Positions 62,348 through 64,000 of a DNA stretch of 64,000 nucleotides are shown piece by piece. The notes under the pieces were generated by a model. The model was given only the letters and a program-made list of their open reading frames with translations, searched no databases and was not told the origin of the DNA. The position numbers and the translations under genes are program-made. This stretch comes from Vitrella brassicaformis CCMP3155 (lineage: Eukaryota > Protista > Chromerida). The stretch's first letter is position 1, and the number at the start of each line of letters is the position of its first letter. The DNA lies in contig CDMY01000104.1 in NCBI GenBank assembly GCA_001179505.1, positions 62,001 through 126,000 on the forward strand. Direction: 5' to 3'.

Positions 62348-63175
62348 CTTGGCAGGCCAGGGCCAGATCTCCAACGCACAGGGCTCGCGAAAGGTGGGAA
62401 AACGGAATAAGACGGAGACGATGGAGGGAAACGGTCGGGAGAGAACGGAGGGAAAACGTCGCAGCCGTTGGAGATCGGCGGCCATTCTAAGCTCGCAATC
62501 GCGAATCTCGACAGCGGGGGTTTCAGCGTCATTCTCTCATTCCTCTTGTGCCATCTTGCTCCGCATTATTCAAGTACAATCCTCGCCCCCAAAGGGAAGA
62601 GATCGACATAAGCACACGTCGATCTCAGCCCGGGGCTACACGTACGTACACAAACATCCACACCAAAAAGACAGCCAGCCATATGCGCTGTATGCAGTGC
62701 AGATCTGCACAGCGGATAAGCGAGACACATCGACAGATCCATCCATCCATCCATCCATCATACATACAAACAAACACGCACCTTTCAAAAAGCCCGCCCG
62801 CAACTCAACTCACTGCCATGCACAACACGCGTACAACACATCATGAGTGCGGATCGGATCGGTCTTGCCGTCCATTGGCTACACAAGCGTGTCGGCTGTG
62901 TGGCCAGCCAGCCATGGTATCCACCCCCTCACTGCCCACCCACGTGACGTGATGCAAGCCTAGCCAGCGTAGATAAATAGGTAGACTAGCAATAGGCAGA
63001 CTGCTCCCAACAGAAGACAATGAACACACACGCAAAAAGGACCTAGCTACCCTCGCGCGCTGCAGGAACAGACGCGCACGTCGGAAAATTCGCCGGCCCC
63101 GCACACGTGTGTGTGCGGCCACACAGCGTTGCAGCTACCCATCCATCCGGATGGGTGGCCCCAATTATTGCTCGA

Positions 63176-63898
63176 CTAGATGAGCCTGAGTGTCTCCATG
63201 ATGCGCTCGAAGCGCGGCACCATGGGCATAATGGCGGTGCCGATGGCCAGCTTGCGGTAATACGGGTAGGGGTCCAGCAGCAAATCGGGAGTCAACTTGT
63301 TGGGCCTGCACACAACACGACCACACACACAACCACCCCATATATATGTGGAAAATCCATGTGAGCGCATGTGTGTGTGTGTGTGTGTGGTGTCATTGAT
63401 GTCCGTCCCTTACGTGTGAGCCATTTCGACGGCGCCGAGCTTCAGCAGGATATCCCCGACGGGCCGCTTGCACTGCGGCTGCACCCGCACAAACTCTGTT
63501 TGATTACAGTGATCAAGAGACAGTGGCGAAGAGACAAACCAATGCATAAACACCTTCTTGAGCATTGTTTTCGTGTGTGTGTGTGTGTGGTCTTACCAGC
63601 CATGAGTTCCGCGCCTTGTGTGACGAGCGGTCCGGCGCCGTATCTGGGCTGTTGTGTGCCGAAGACGAAGTAGTTCTTCTTGCCGGGCACCACCGCCCCC
63701 TCGATGACGTTGGGCGTGCCCTGCTCGGTGTAGGTGAGGGTGGGCTCACACATGGGGAAGTTGTTGTGGTAACCTGAGAGACAGACAGAAGAGAGAGAGA
63801 GAGAGACATCATTCACACACATGGATGTCACTTACCGGTAGCACAGACGATCAGGTCGACAGTGATGGTCTGCCCATCCACGAAGGTCACTTCCTTCC
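63176..63898 (-). CDS. 3' part of a class B flavin monooxygenase (FMO-like); the 5' part lies beyond the window end
   Basis: Spliced KEVTFVDGQTITVDLIVCAT|GYHNNFP (DxIVxATGY motif), NYFVFGTQQPRYGAGPL, and last exon ...ERIMETLRLI* (stop 63176-63178). Confidence 0.8.
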
Positions 63899-64000
63899 CT
63901 GGCACACACACACACACAGAACACCCAAAACGCACCCATATTCACCCGGGCCACCCACCCACACAAACACACACGACCACACCCACCCACCCACCATCGA

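Noticed and set aside
1-64000. tRNA, rRNA, snRNA and telomeric arrays
   Set aside because: No cloverleaf, T-loop consensus, rRNA-like segment or telomeric repeat tract was recognised by eye. A tRNAscan-SE/Infernal run would be needed to exclude small intronic RNAs.

Overview
Intron-dense eukaryotic genomic DNA. Short GT-AG introns packed with (CA)n, (GT)n, (CAGA)n and (ATGG)n microsatellites, plus two signal-peptide + 'AF' plastid-targeting leaders, point to an alga with a secondary plastid, most like the chromerid Vitrella brassicaformis (inference, not a database hit). All gene models were assembled by hand from the ORF track and phase-compatible splice sites. They are: a triple-CCCH zinc-finger protein, a coiled-coil protein, a mitochondrial-type SAM methyltransferase, an Arg/Asp-rich protein whose last intron spans a 300-N gap, a membrane-associated His-Me-finger (HNH-like) protein, a plastid transketolase, a RING protein frameshifted within a 33-bp repeat, a plastid TrmB, a PGPGxY (SHIPPO) protein, an F-box-like gene whose 3.7-kb first intron holds two antisense genes, a ~20-kb polycystin-1/REJ-like GAIN-GPS receptor, a PiT/PHO4 phosphate transporter and the 3' end of a flavin monooxygenase. 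No tRNA, rRNA, CRISPR array or transposase was recognised. The strongest leads are the toxin-like HNH protein, the polycystin-like receptor with bacterial adhesin modules, the nested-gene locus, and a recurring CA-then-UG self-complementary intron architecture.
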